This document shows positions 52,678-64,000 of a stretch of 64,000 bases of DNA, piece after piece (position 1 is the stretch's first letter; each line of letters starts with the position of its first letter). This DNA is from Asterias rubens (lineage: Eukaryota). The stretch lies in the NCBI RefSeq assembly GCF_902459465.1, contig NC_047081.1:620001-684000 (forward strand). The letters are read 5' to 3'. A program made the position numbers and the translations under genes. The notes beneath the pieces are model-generated. The model saw only the letters and a program-made list of their open reading frames with translations, was not told where the DNA came from and did no database searches.

Positions 52678-52977
52678 CTTGGTATACAAGCAATGGAGAG
52701 CCATGATAGTATAACAACATTGTCAAAAATTGCTCTGAAGTAACCTAGTTTTTATGAAGAGGTAATTTATCACTCAAATAATAAAATACTTCAGATGAAG
52801 CCGTTTATAATGCGTCTGAAAGCACACAAAGTAATGCAACAATGTTTTTTTTTGTTCTTTCATTATTCTCTTGCAAATTCAATAACCGATTGAAAGTTAA
52901 CATTTTCACTGGTTTGTTGTTATGCATGAGTTGTGATACACCAAGTGAAAACACTGGGTTGTGTCCAGTGCCTTGAA
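52678..52977. mobile_element. Kolobok-like MITE family A, left end not recognisable
   Basis: Body aligns to 8730-9050; ends GTGTCCAGTGCCTTGAA. Confidence 0.75.
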
Positions 52978-53700
52978 TAACTTAACTCATAATACCTTGT
53001 CCTCTGCTCGCAATCCCCTTCCCTCGCAAAGGCTCTAAATCAGTAAGCTTCAGCACTCCAATCTCATCCATCCCAGGAACAAACGCCGCTGCCTCTACCA
53101 CCATAGTAGTCTGCATGATTCAACCGCTTAAACCTAGCGGCTAAATTTCCTGATAACAACTCGGTAAAAGAGGTTGGAGTTTTGGAGAGAAAACTTGCCT
53201 AGAAACCTTCGTTCCCACAGATTTGTCTAGAATTAACTCCCGATTATATTTTCGCCACCTTCCACAGCATGTAACCTTCTGCCAACTCGTGAGAACTCTG
53301 GCTTGGTCTGTCTTCCCTCCTTTAGGGCGTATAGGTGCACCACAAAGGTGATTATTTCACCATAGATATCATTTTTCATTCTTCTTTTCTAAAGAAAGCC
53401 CGAAGAATTGACAAATGTTCTACTCATGGTCGACACGGTTGGAGGTCCTTGCAGAGCCCCAGAGACCATTGTTACGTATTGAAGACCAAAGATACAATAG
53501 GTAATAGAAAGAAGAAAAATGATCGTTCGCTGTGTCATCTTCTAGTGACAAATATTTCCGATAAAATTCACAAAATGAGAAAATAAAATTAGCTTTTGCA
53601 AGCTTCTTACAACCAACAGGACCAATGGCATAAATGCAAAGCGAAAAATTAGTAGACTGGCGTTTTGACCCGGTGACCCTATATCTGAGCATTTCTCGAA

Positions 53701-53741
53701 GCCTGCGAGAAACACTCTTCTTAAGGGTCGAAACGTCAGAC
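53701..53741 (+). ncRNA. Degenerate Penelope-type minimal hammerhead motif
   Basis: CCT-GCGAGAA-A-CACTCT-TCTTA-AGGGTC-GAAA-CGTC-AG; roughly 75% identical to the 58765-58805 motif, including downstream flank. Confidence 0.45.
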
Positions 53742-53928
53742 ATTTCACTATTGTAAGATGTTTGTAAATAAGAAATGAATGTCTACTAAGATTGGTTGTA
53801 TAACAGGTAAGATGTCACTTATTGCAAAGACTTGGCCAACGTTTGAAAGTAATTCTTGCTGTACTTTTCTGGTATAATCTAAGGCTGAAAAAAAATCTAC
53901 TATTAGGCTGCGTGGGCCACCCTTATTT

Positions 53929-54273
53929 AAACAGTATTGTCCAAGGCCCACACTTCATGTATCACAACTTCTATATCAAATAACAAACCTGTGGAAATTT
54001 AGGCTTAATCAGTCATCGGAGTCGGGAGAAAATAACGGGAAAACTCACCCTTGTATCTGCACGTTTCGCCTTGTTATGACATGTGGTTAAAATAAATCCG
54101 TAATTATCGATATCGAGAATTGATATTGTTTTACTGTTTTCTCAAAAAGGAAAGCATTTCATGGAATAATATTTCAAGAGAAGTCTTTCACCACTACCTT
54201 CTGTAAACCCTGTAAGTTATTTGTAAATCTGTGAACTTTTTTTTTCTGTACCGAAAGGGTCCAATGGCTTTAA
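53929..54273. mobile_element. Kolobok-like MITE family B, reverse copy, left TIR degraded
   Basis: Reverse complement of 18056-18400; ends CCGAAAGGGTCCAATGGCT-TTAA. Confidence 0.85.
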
Positions 54274-55943
54274 AAATGGTTTAATTAAAATTAAATGAAA
54301 CATGCGCAGAACAATACATTTTGTTTGACTCAACAGTAGCTTTTCACAAAGCATGTGTTTTTATACGGACCCGCACGTAACCGTGCTCATCCTTTACAAA
54401 GCATGTCGTTAAAAGAAAGGGAAAATTAAAACGTTTTGATCGATTGTTTGTCTGTCTGAGCAGACAAAGAAAATGCCTGCAACTTTTTCAGTTGGAATAC
54501 ATTATAAATAAATCGATTTTAAAAATGGAAAATTTCAGCATCGATGACCTAGAAATAAACAACCTTTCCACAGAAAGGAAAAACCAATCCCGGTTTATGA
54601 AACTGAATCAGCATTCAACGTTTGAAAGGAGTAATTTAATTTCACGAGTTTAGCATTCACTGGTCAAAAAAGATCATTCAAATTATTAGGTCGCAAAGAT
54701 CATTTATATATGGGAATTTATGCATTGCATGGTGAGGTAGCAATCTATATTTGGTTTGCGGTAACACCATGTGTGTATTTACTTGCAGTGTAGATTATGT
54801 TCTTTTGAGAATTTGTCATGCTTTATACTTAAACTACAGCGGAGTAATTTGGGGGGAAATCGGGAGACTTCTCAATTTCGCCAAAAAACAGAAGCAAGAG
54901 GCTCGTCAACCATTTAGTTTCATAAATTGCTAGTATAGGATACTAGGCATTGAATTTAAAAAGTTCATCGTGGGTTTCTACTACAAAATCCTACCCATAA
55001 GGACTTTTATTCTTTACAAACTTATGGTAAAATAACCTTAGTTTTGAGACCAGAAACCTCGAGGTCTGGAAGTCGAGTAAGGGCACACTTGGTGCTGACA
55101 GACAACCGGAGGTTGCGACCGTTCATACCCGTAACCCAACCACGACCAACACGCTCAACAATTACCGCTTGACAACAATCACTTCTCTATAGAACACTAA
55201 CAGAAGAAACCCTGTGTCGGAATGGAGACAATTTGCCAAAAGATTTCCCAAAGTAATTGAGAGGAAAAGAATGGACTTCCCAGTCCTCTATCTGGAAACA
55301 TAAATACCCCACGCTGGTGGCTCACACACAACGGTGGAATAGTAAGAGAAAGGCACCCAACCAGGCCTGGCCTTGCTGGTATGGTCCGATGGGGGGCTTC
55401 GGTGAGAAACACGGGCGAGGTCATTCTGCCTAAACACGCTGGAATAACTCCCCTGGTAAACGGTCGCAACTAACAAGTACAATGCCTCTAATTGGATAGG
55501 TGTGGACAGGGATTTGAGGATTTTCAAGACGGCGAATGACAATTTATATTGTTATGATACGTCGGACTTGCTAATAATGCATCCTACAGTACACTCAACT
55601 CGGCAGCAATTTAAAGAAAATATTATATCACTTTTTGTAATAGTACTAATTATGGTTATGAATATACTGGTAGACTTAATCCCACAGAAAATATCTACTT
55701 TCAAATTATGTATAATTTTTTAGGGTGGAAGCTTATGATTGAATCCCTGTAATATGTAATTGTGCAATCATGTATAATCCATATAAGTGTAGTACATGCC
55801 CGCAGGTACTTGTCAATTAGTTTGTTCATATCTGTATGTTTAAATTAGTTCTTGTTAATACCATGTGCATTGAGAAGGGTTGTTGTAGCCTCCATGTGGT
55901 ATGGTCGCAGACGGCATCCTTTCTATTGTCTACAAGCTTTGCG

Positions 55944-56240
55944 TTGAAAGCCACTGGACACCTTTGGTAACTATCAAAGACCAGTATTCTCACTTGGTGT
56001 ATCTCACCAATTTGAGCTCAATTGGTCGTTGAAGTTGCGAGAGAATGAGGAAAAAACACCCTTGTTGCAAAAAAAGTGCTTTCAGATGCCTAATAAAATG
56101 CTTCAGGCCTGAAGTCTTTTAGTATTGAAGTGAGAAATTATCTCTTTCGATAAAACGACAATACACTTCAGGAGCAATTCCGCACAATGTTTTATACTAT
56201 ATTATCAGCAGCTCTCCATTGCTCATTAAGTTTGAGAATT
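55944..56240. mobile_element. Kolobok-like MITE family A, right end lost
   Basis: Starts AAGCCACTGGACACCTTTGGTAA; body aligns to other copies until GCTCTCCATTGCTCATTA. Confidence 0.75.
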
Positions 56241-58764
56241 AATTGACTCTTCCTCCAAAACATTGACAGAAATCCCTGTAAAAAGAATTCCTTACTGACA
56301 CTTGACCAAAACCAATTCATCCCAGATGTATCGAATTATGCTCTGCCGGTTCACTTGTCTTCAAAGTCAACTCCCAATCCATCCAAATCTTGATATTGCT
56401 AATTTTGACAGACTTATCGGTGGTGAAATTTCCACAAATCCTTGTCGACAATAATAATATTTTGTCTTTGTTTAAAGGATTCACAGCTGAAACTACACCC
56501 TTGTAACCAACTATTATCACCGTAAATAATAATTCTTTAAATCCAAGTCAAAACCATGTTCATCTTTTGTCGAGGTTTAAAAGATTCAACGATCGAAACT
56601 CATGAATCCCCTTCGATCCAAGAGTACGAGATCTGGTTTATGTTGGGCGCATCGTCTGATAAATCCGACGGGTTAATCTGCCGAAATCGCTCCGGTCCTG
56701 TCCCAGGCTTAGCCCTGGCTTAGCCCGGCTGGTGCCTCCACATCCTTGGTAAAATCTTATCTGAAGAAAGGGCACTTATTCACACAAATTTAATCCCCTG
56801 CGGTTTTCTAAATTGCCCACTACAGAAGTTATGTTTGTGTGGGGTTGGTGGCTGGAACCACCCTGCGCGGACGACATTTCTCGACAACACTCACAAGTGT
56901 CATTTTTTGCCGCCACAAAAGTTCTGCGTTCGATCAATGTCTTGTTTCAGCCACTTACGAACGATTTGTTGGCGGTTTATTTTGCCTTGTGATAAGTCCG
57001 AAAATAACCATTACGTTTTTCTCTGATGATAAGGCTCGAATAACCATTACGCTGTTCCACGTTTGAAGGCAATAACTGCCAATCAGTTTGTTTTCATCGA
57101 TTTGAAATGATTTTAAAGGAATTTATAAATAAATTTAAAGGTCGAGTACACAATATAGAAACTGAGAATGTGGCTGTTTCGTTACATAGGGCTCTTGGCT
57201 GAAACATGTCTTACTGGAGACGAGATGAACAAACCGCATGAAACGTTGAGAGAATGTTTGAAGTTTTTGCTCTACACGGAACCCTCACTTAATGGGAAAA
57301 AAAATAACATATAATGCCCTTTTTCAAATGTGTTTGTAGAAAAAGGGTTTCTTCATTACATCAAACCAAATTACTTTTTTTTATCTGCTACCTTTTTTTT
57401 AGGTTTTGTTGAAATTCATTTTAGGGTGAAATCCACAGCTTCAAATCTCACTCAAAAATCATTAACAGTCGTTCGTTGGATATGACCTTCAAGAATATTT
57501 GGGTTATTTTTCACTTATATTTTTTTGTGGGGGGGGGGTCCTTGTTTACGTCACTTGGTATCCATTAGTAACTGGATTCATATTTCGCCTCGGGGTATAA
57601 CGGATGTTATGGTAACTATCAGAAAAAATGTTTACAATAATCGTTTGTGTTTGTTGTTTACCATTCTGTGTTGCAGTTGACAGATCAGATAGGGGGGGGA
57701 TTGTTTTAGATAGAGAGGGGCTTGACAGCATACATGGGTTCTATCACAGTTTTGGTTAAAAAAAAAATAAGTTTGTGTTGTTCTCGTGTGTTTCTGGGTG
57801 TTTATTCTGATCCCATGTCGGGATTAAGATCATTCTTACAAAGGCACTACTGAGTCTCTAAACTGGTTGTAATTGTCGCTTGGTGTAGTTGTAGTCCTAC
57901 ACATAAAGAAAAACACATCAACTTGGGGTTAAAGTAACCTGCTTTCCACACATAGAGTGGATATACTCGAAACAAACAAAAAACGATTATGAAAGGTATT
58001 TAAGAAAACGAAGACATGAAACAATAAGAAAGCTGTCAGTGAACGTAACAGTGACGTAAAATTGCGCCCTCTATTGGTTGTTGTTTCTTTTGTTGGACAC
58101 GCGCTCACGTATTAAACAATTTGAAGAAAGAAACGCTGAAGTTAAAATGTAGATAAAAAGTGCCTAATTATGAAGTTATTTACACTCATTCACTAATCCC
58201 AACAGAGCTCGATGCGAAAAGAGTGACCTCAGAGAGACGAAATATCCTAGTAAAATTACTAACGCTGATGAACATGAGTCTTTATTTCCTAAAGAGTCAT
58301 ATGCTATCATGTTTCACCCTAACACCGATGTATATTACAAAACTGTATACTCGGTCCTGTCCCCGCGGTTCTGTGAACAAAACTCACAGGGACAAGCACG
58401 AATTATGTTACTGAAAACCTCCCCCCCCCCCTCATAACATTAATCTATTATTTCCATAGTGCAAACCCAGGTGCTTTCGTGTCTTACCATAAAGAATATA
58501 CGAATAATACAACTTTCAAAAAGCATTATTCTATACAACAATGTCATGTATAGAATGTTGCTTTTTGAAAATTGAATTATTCGTGGTTAGAAGAATACAC
58601 CCAATAGATTAATAAGACTTCAAACCCATTGAATATGTGTCATTGTGTCTTATTTTCACACGGTTACAAAGTTTAGATATATAACACTCCATTTGTCGGC
58701 AAACCTTGTTCTAGTTTGTGTGCTACTCATCAGTAATACGCTGTAGTGTGAAAAATAGTTTAAT

Positions 58765-58805
58765 GTCCTGACGTTTCGACCTGAGCAGAGTCTTTCTCAA
58801 AGGCT
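58765..58805 (-). ncRNA. Penelope-type minimal type I hammerhead ribozyme motif with U3-A8 covariant core
   Basis: Minus strand CCT-TTGAGAA-A-GAC(TCTGCTCAG)GTC-GAAA-CGTC-AGG: stem I CCT/AGG, stem II GAC/GTC, palindromic ACGT stem III, GUC cleavage triplet. Confidence 0.6.
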
Positions 58806-58819
58806 AAAATTACAACAAA

Positions 58820-59625
58820 ACAAACAAGAACAGATATACATTTCGTCGCAGACCTGTCGCCACAAGTATTTGCAAAGCTTGTAGCTTCGGTATCGCTTGG
58901 AAAGCCCCAATACCCTGTTCTCCACCTCCATGGACCTGGTTCGAATCCCACCTCTCAGACAAAAAGCATTGTATCAATCCCCTCCCCCATCAACTGTCAG
59001 AGTTTACGATCCTCCCTCCCAAATCAACAACTAAACATTTTCTTCGTAGACCTGTCGCCATCTGCAAAGCTTATAGCTTCTGTGTATCGCTTGGACAGCC
59101 CCAATACCCTGCTCTCCACCTCTGTGGACCTGGTTCGAATCCCACCACAAGCTGAAGCTTCGCATTCAATCACTCCCAACATCAGTGTATAGGATTCTCC
59201 CTACCAAATCAACAACTAAACATTTTGTCGCTAACCTGTCGCCACGAGTATCTGCAAAGCTGATATAGCTTCTGCATCGATTGGAAAGCCTCAGCATGTT
59301 GCTCACCTCCGTGGACCCAGTTCGAACCCCAACTCAGTAAAGCATATCTTTGTACCACTCTCCCAACCAGGCAGTGTCTGTGTTTAAAATTCGCCCTCCC
59401 AAATCGACAACTGGACATTTCTTAGCAGACCTGTTGCCATGCTGCAACGCCGGATAGCTTATTTACCACTTGGAAAGCCTCAGCATGCTTTTCACATCCA
59501 TGTGCTCAGACTCGAGTCTCGCATTGCATGAGTCCCCACCAAGCCTCCCTCTCAAATCATCAACTAAACATTTCTTGGCAGACCTGTCGCCACAAGTATC
59601 TGCTAAGCCTGGTAGCTTTGTTTCA
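58820..59625 (+). repeat. Tandem array of ~150-200-bp units containing a tRNA-SINE head (about 4.3 units)
   Basis: CATTT...AGACCTGTCGCCA...GCAAAGCT at ~58838, 59036, 59221, 59416 and 59569; GGTTCGAATCCCA B-box in units 1-2 and a degenerate form in unit 3. Confidence 0.85.
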
Positions 59626-61346
59626 TCACCAGACACAGACATCAATAAATATAAAAACAAATTGGTCTTTGATCAGAGCTTACAGGTTTTAATTAAGACT
59701 TAGGGACGATCCACCGGACTTAAAGCCATCGGCTCAACTTTAACGAGATTTGAGACATTATCCGTGAAATTAAATTATTTTAAAAAGACATTAGGTATCC
59801 TGAAAATGGTTTGGAAATTATAATGGCATACCCGTAGGAATTGGAATGAACATGTTACGCTTGATTGATTCTGTGTCCAATTGTTAGTGTGCGATAATAA
59901 TGCGGGTTGCCTTTGTGAGATGGAACATGGAAGGTTTTTATGCGTGGGAATTTAAAAAGAAGAAAACAAAATTGTGTGAAGTCAACAGTGTATTTAACAT
60001 GTATATTGCGTGTCTGTTCCTGAAATGTTTTGATCGGCAGACTTAACCTTTAGGTTATTTGACAGTTTACATTCCCTCCTTAGTATTGCCTTCTTATCTT
60101 TTTTATGTGTAGTTTTTATGAACTTTAGGGGAGAAATAAAAAAAAAATATAAATAGCACTGTGAGACCGTACTTTTTCATAGTAGTTTTTAGCGATTTCG
60201 TTTTTCAGTTCTAAATATTAGTTTTTTTTACTTTTCTGACTCGTTGCAATTGTTTGTGTGGTGTTTCATTTGTATATTTTTTTTATATTTCGATGTTATC
60301 ATTTTTGGTATTATTGTTTATTTCGTCATTTACCTACTTACTTGTTTAATTATATGTTGTTGGTTTTTTTACTATTCATTTATTCATTTTATTTAATATA
60401 TAGTTATTTATTAAATAAGTTAATATTTTTAAAATGCTATTTTGCTTATTGGCGCCAAACATGTTCCTTTGACATTATTTTTAACTATAAAGTTTGTGAA
60501 AATCAGGCTCGGATGTACGAACTTACAAACAAAAGTGTAAATTCGTCACAATGTTTAATTGAAAAACTCGACAAAATCATTACTAATTTGTTGTGTTTTT
60601 ATTATTTCTTTAATATTTTTCCTCTTTGGAAGGTGAAAAAAAAACTACTTACTTTACGATTCGCCTTATGTAGCTTTGCCAGACCATTGCAATTTAAAAA
60701 GCAATTAAAGGCCGTATGGTCTCTAAATTGAAGATTTAATCGGCAACTATGATCTCTCTTTTAGGGCTGAGCTCCATTTTAGTCTTTTCATTCTCTGAAG
60801 GCGCAAATAAATTATTCCTGCATTTATTCACACACGAAGGACTTGTGTGGGTTTAGTTTTATGGATGGATTTTCAATTGGAAAAGATTATGTTGAACCGC
60901 GTTGAACTTTAAGGGTAGAGTACTATTTGATCTCAGTGAATAGAAACAAATCATCATTTGAAATCAATAATATAGACACTGTAAACTGGGGATATTTTAT
61001 TTAAAAAAATTCCTTTTGAGTAATACTTTCGTTCTTTTAAAATGTCGATGATTACGATCCTTTAAATGTAGATAATACAATGAACTTAACCTGTCCTCTC
61101 GCGTTTGTTAGTCATCGCCGACAATCCGTAGCGAATTATGTCCATGCACGAAGAATAATCCCTAATAGGAATACACAATCTTAGAATAGAAGCGTTGGGG
61201 GATACGTTTTTCAATTTCAAATTTTTGATACGAAAAACTGATACCTTTTCCCACAATCACATACATTTCTAAGTGGAATGGTTCTCAAAATGCTTTATCC
61301 TATTTAAAACCTGCTAGGCTTCTTTCTATCCAATAGTCTTATAGAC

Positions 61347-61433
61347 TCGAGTTGAAACCAACGGTTCTTTTCAGAACCACCCCAACTCATTAGAGATAGT
61401 CATTACATGGTGTTACCGCAAACCTTTCAATAT
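61347..61433 (+). mobile_element. Penelope-like pseudo-LTR fragment (same family as 28837-29079)
   Basis: Near-identical to 28993-29079. Confidence 0.8.
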
Positions 61434-61609
61434 CTTATAGACTGCGCAAGTCTCGCGCATATCGGGACGCGAAAGCACATCAAACGAAAAACTTCATTCT
61501 TTCTAAAGTCAAATCTTTGCTTTGAATTATAGTTAAAATGAATTTCAATAGTGATTACCAAACATACTGCAAGATGTGTGAGTTGAAAATGATTGGGCTC
61601 AAAACTCAC

Positions 61610-62045
61610 CACTTCTCTTTTCCATTTTGGTTTTCGAAAACTCTGTTAACTGTTCAACAGCCGTGCCAATATGGTCACTCAGTTGCTTTCCAAGGTGCTC
61701 CTCCATTGGACTCAACGCGGACCTACCAACTCCATTGCTCGATTGAGGGCGCTTTGCTACTTCCCCAGACGACACCGAACTCGTTTGGAATCCAGTGTAA
61801 GGGGGAGCCGCGCCCCATGAGGCGTTAGACGTCGTTTCTCCCTGGTAGTGGAACGCGTCTTGGTTGGTGTGTTTCTTGGGGCTGGAGCTACTCATCTTCA
61901 GGCAGCTCTCTGGGTTGGGTGAGCCCTTTGGTGATGGGAGAGTTTTCATTCCGTAGAGTGAGTAGGTGGGGTTCATCTGATCTGAGGTCAGTCCGGGTGT
62001 CTTGGGCTCCAAGTGACCCATGGATGAATCGGCAAGTCGGAACAT
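61610..62045 (-). CDS. Candidate distal alternative first coding exon of Pitx (145 codons + 1 nt, Ser/Pro-rich)
   Basis: Longest non-repeat ORF outside Pitx; T-rich tract and AG acceptor at 62054-62053 upstream of the ATG; GTG|GTGAGT donor at 61609 is phase 1, in frame with the homeobox exon. Confidence 0.5.
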
Positions 62046-62264
62046 TATTCTCCTTCAAGACAAAAAAATCCAAAAATATTACAATCAACTGATAATAAGC
62101 TGGTTGATATTGCACGAAGCTAATAGATGCGGGTGACTACATAACCGTATCCATTTATTGGTAAAGGATTCGAAAGCTAGAAACTTTTATGATCGGTGGT
62201 TACACTCGTTTGTTTCGACACCTTACTCGGGCACCCCTATAGTAAACAAAGATGTTATAGATAT

Positions 62265-62650
62265 TTAAAGGCAGTGGACACTATTGGTAATTACTCAAAA
62301 TAGTTATTAGTATAAAACCTTTCTTGGTGACGAGTAATGGGGAGAGTTTGATGGTATAAAACATTGTGAGAAACGGCTCCCTCTGAAGTGCCATAGTTTT
62401 CGAGAAAGAAGTAATTTTCCACGAATTTGATTTCGAGACCTCAGATTTAGAACTTGAGGTCTCGAAATCAACCATCTAAACGCACACAACTTTGTGTGAC
62501 AAGGGTTATTTTTCTTTCATTATTATCTCGAAACTTCGACGACCGATTGAGCTCAAATTTTCACAGGTTTGTTATTTTATGCATATGTTGAGATACACAA
62601 ACTGTGAAGGCTAGTCTTTGACAATTACCAATAGTGTCCACTGGCTTTAA
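62265..62650. mobile_element. Kolobok-like MITE family A
   Basis: TTAA-AGGCAGTGGACACTATTGGTAATT ... AATTACCAATAGTGTCCACTGGCT-TTAA. Confidence 0.92.
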
Positions 62651-62929
62651 CATTTCAAATCTTTCTGGTCTAAGGTTCGAATCCAACCAACAAGAGTTGT
62701 TGCTGTTCCGGTGGACAATCCATATTAACGGTAACACGAGACGTGACAAAGGAAGGAACTCGCACAGGAAATTATAAATTAAAGAACCTGTGTTTAGACA
62801 AGTAGACTTCACCAAGTCCTTCTGCGTAACTGTGTTGTGATTGACACGACCACAATTAGCATCACCTTTACTAGTCATTGGATTAAGTGTAATCTTAAAG
62901 GATTTATTCAACCACAGTCAGGCGACTGA

Positions 62930-63010
62930 AAAGGGTTGGCGAAAGACACGCCCAATGTTGCCGCGTGAGATTGGCTAAAAAGAGAACTTGCTACGTCATC
63001 ATAACTTAAA
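62930..63010 (-). promoter_or_regulatory. Candidate distal promoter
   Basis: CACGCCCAAT (GC box plus CCAAT), ATTGG and CRE-like CTACGTCATC within 60 bp, ~900 bp upstream of the candidate exon. Confidence 0.35.
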
Positions 63011-63834
63011 GGGAGGATCTTTGATAGTCGTTCAAAAGTAAATGACCATTATACTAGCTAATAAAATGCAATTGAAGAGCTGTTGACATGAAGAGACCCT
63101 GTTTGAGACAATCCCTGTTGAAGTAATGTAGTTTTAGAGAAGGAAGTATTTGTTTCACCAAACAATAATTAGAGGAAGGCTTTCAAGGCACGAAGCCTTT
63201 CTAACCCAGAGTGGTGAGCTAAATGGTACCCTACAAGGCAATTCTTTCGAAAGGGGAACAATACAGCAACAATAACAGGACCCCACAAAGAGGATCCGTA
63301 AATATGTGTGGATGCTTTCGTGTACAAAACAATGAGGAAACAAGAGGTGTCCTCAGATTACACCAATGTGAGTAGGTGTATACATTCAAACCGGAGACCT
63401 ATAACAAAAGAGGACAATAGAGTACACGGTTCAGGAAAGGTCCATAGTTGGAAAACGTGTCAAAACCAAAGGGAGCTGTTTCATTATAAACAAAAGAGAG
63501 ACAATAGGAGGTCCACGGTTGCAGGCGTATACACTTCCGTGCGTGGTTTTCTTCGTGTGAGGTTTTGGGGGAGGGGGGTCCATCTTGGGGGGAAAAAAAC
63601 TAGAAAAAACCCACAACAAACATAAAGTAAAGAGAGATCTAATTTTAAATGACTTTGATCCGGAAGGTGTTAATTACAGCTTATCTGACGAGTAGCAACC
63701 ATCCATGTTGTATCACATTAACGAATTGCTACCGGTGATTGTAGCGAGCAACGCCCAGGGGGAACGGCACGCTGGCACGGTGCAGGAAGACGCCGAGGTG
63801 ATTCGGCGAAACCTTCGGAATGTTGGATGGTCAT

Positions 63835-63890
63835 CAGGGCGTGGGTTCGACTCACAGTCATGACAGCTGTGTCCTTGAGCAAGACACTCA
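63835..63890 (+). mobile_element. tRNA-SINE head fragment
   Basis: GTGGGTTCGACTC...CATGACAGCTGTGTCCTTGAGCAAGACACT. Confidence 0.7.
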
Positions 63891-63899
63891 AAGGCACCA

Positions 63900-63985
63900 G
63901 GGGTGGATTTCTCAAAGAGTTAAGACTCGTCTTATCTCGAGTTAGGATGAGGTACTCGTCCAAGCTTAGAAATAGCCTTAAGTTT
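63900..63985. mobile_element. MITE fragment, same family as 28238-28378
   Basis: GGGGTGGATTTCTCAAAGAGTTAAG...ATCTCGAGTTAGGATGAG. Confidence 0.65.
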
Positions 63986-64000
63986 TGTAATAATAATAAT

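Noticed and set aside
52373-52726. Another upstream Pitx exon (117-aa ORF with GTGAGT near 52381)
   Set aside because: The ORF starts inside a MITE, the peptide is not protein-like, and the donor falls at phase 0, which does not match the homeobox exon.
56317-56547. piggyBac-like transposase fragment (NKDKILLLST)
   Set aside because: Only a short motif resemblance; no DDD context, long ORF or TIRs.
58820-59625. CRISPR-like repeat-spacer array or tRNA gene cluster
   Set aside because: Linkers remain alignable to each other, and no full cloverleaf or clear A-box is present; it is a diverged tandem repeat.

Overview
AT-rich animal genomic DNA, most likely an echinoderm such as a sea star (inferred from the Pitx sequence and the SINE/MITE types). 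The only protein-coding gene I can support is a minus-strand Pitx (K50 paired-class homeobox). Its three coding exons are 47147-46952, 43677-43460 and 34062-33535. They join in frame at GT-AG sites to give 313 aa with the homeodomain, the Pitx FNGLMQP/YSYNNW motif and an OAR domain. A 145-codon open frame at 62045-61610 ends in a phase-matched GTGAGT donor and has its own promoter-like motifs, so it is a candidate distal first coding exon (about 393 aa isoform). The rest is non-coding: at least 14 TTAA-flanked Kolobok-like MITEs, foldback elements, tRNA-derived/Deu-domain SINE pieces and several minisatellites. It also holds Penelope-like fragments with minimal hammerhead-ribozyme motifs (one with a U3-A8 covariant core) and a ~190-bp tandem array of SINE-head units. 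Many 0.3-1 kb blocks of even base composition remain unexplained. I found no CRISPR array, rRNA, intact tRNA or intact transposase/RT gene. All counts and alignments were done by eye.
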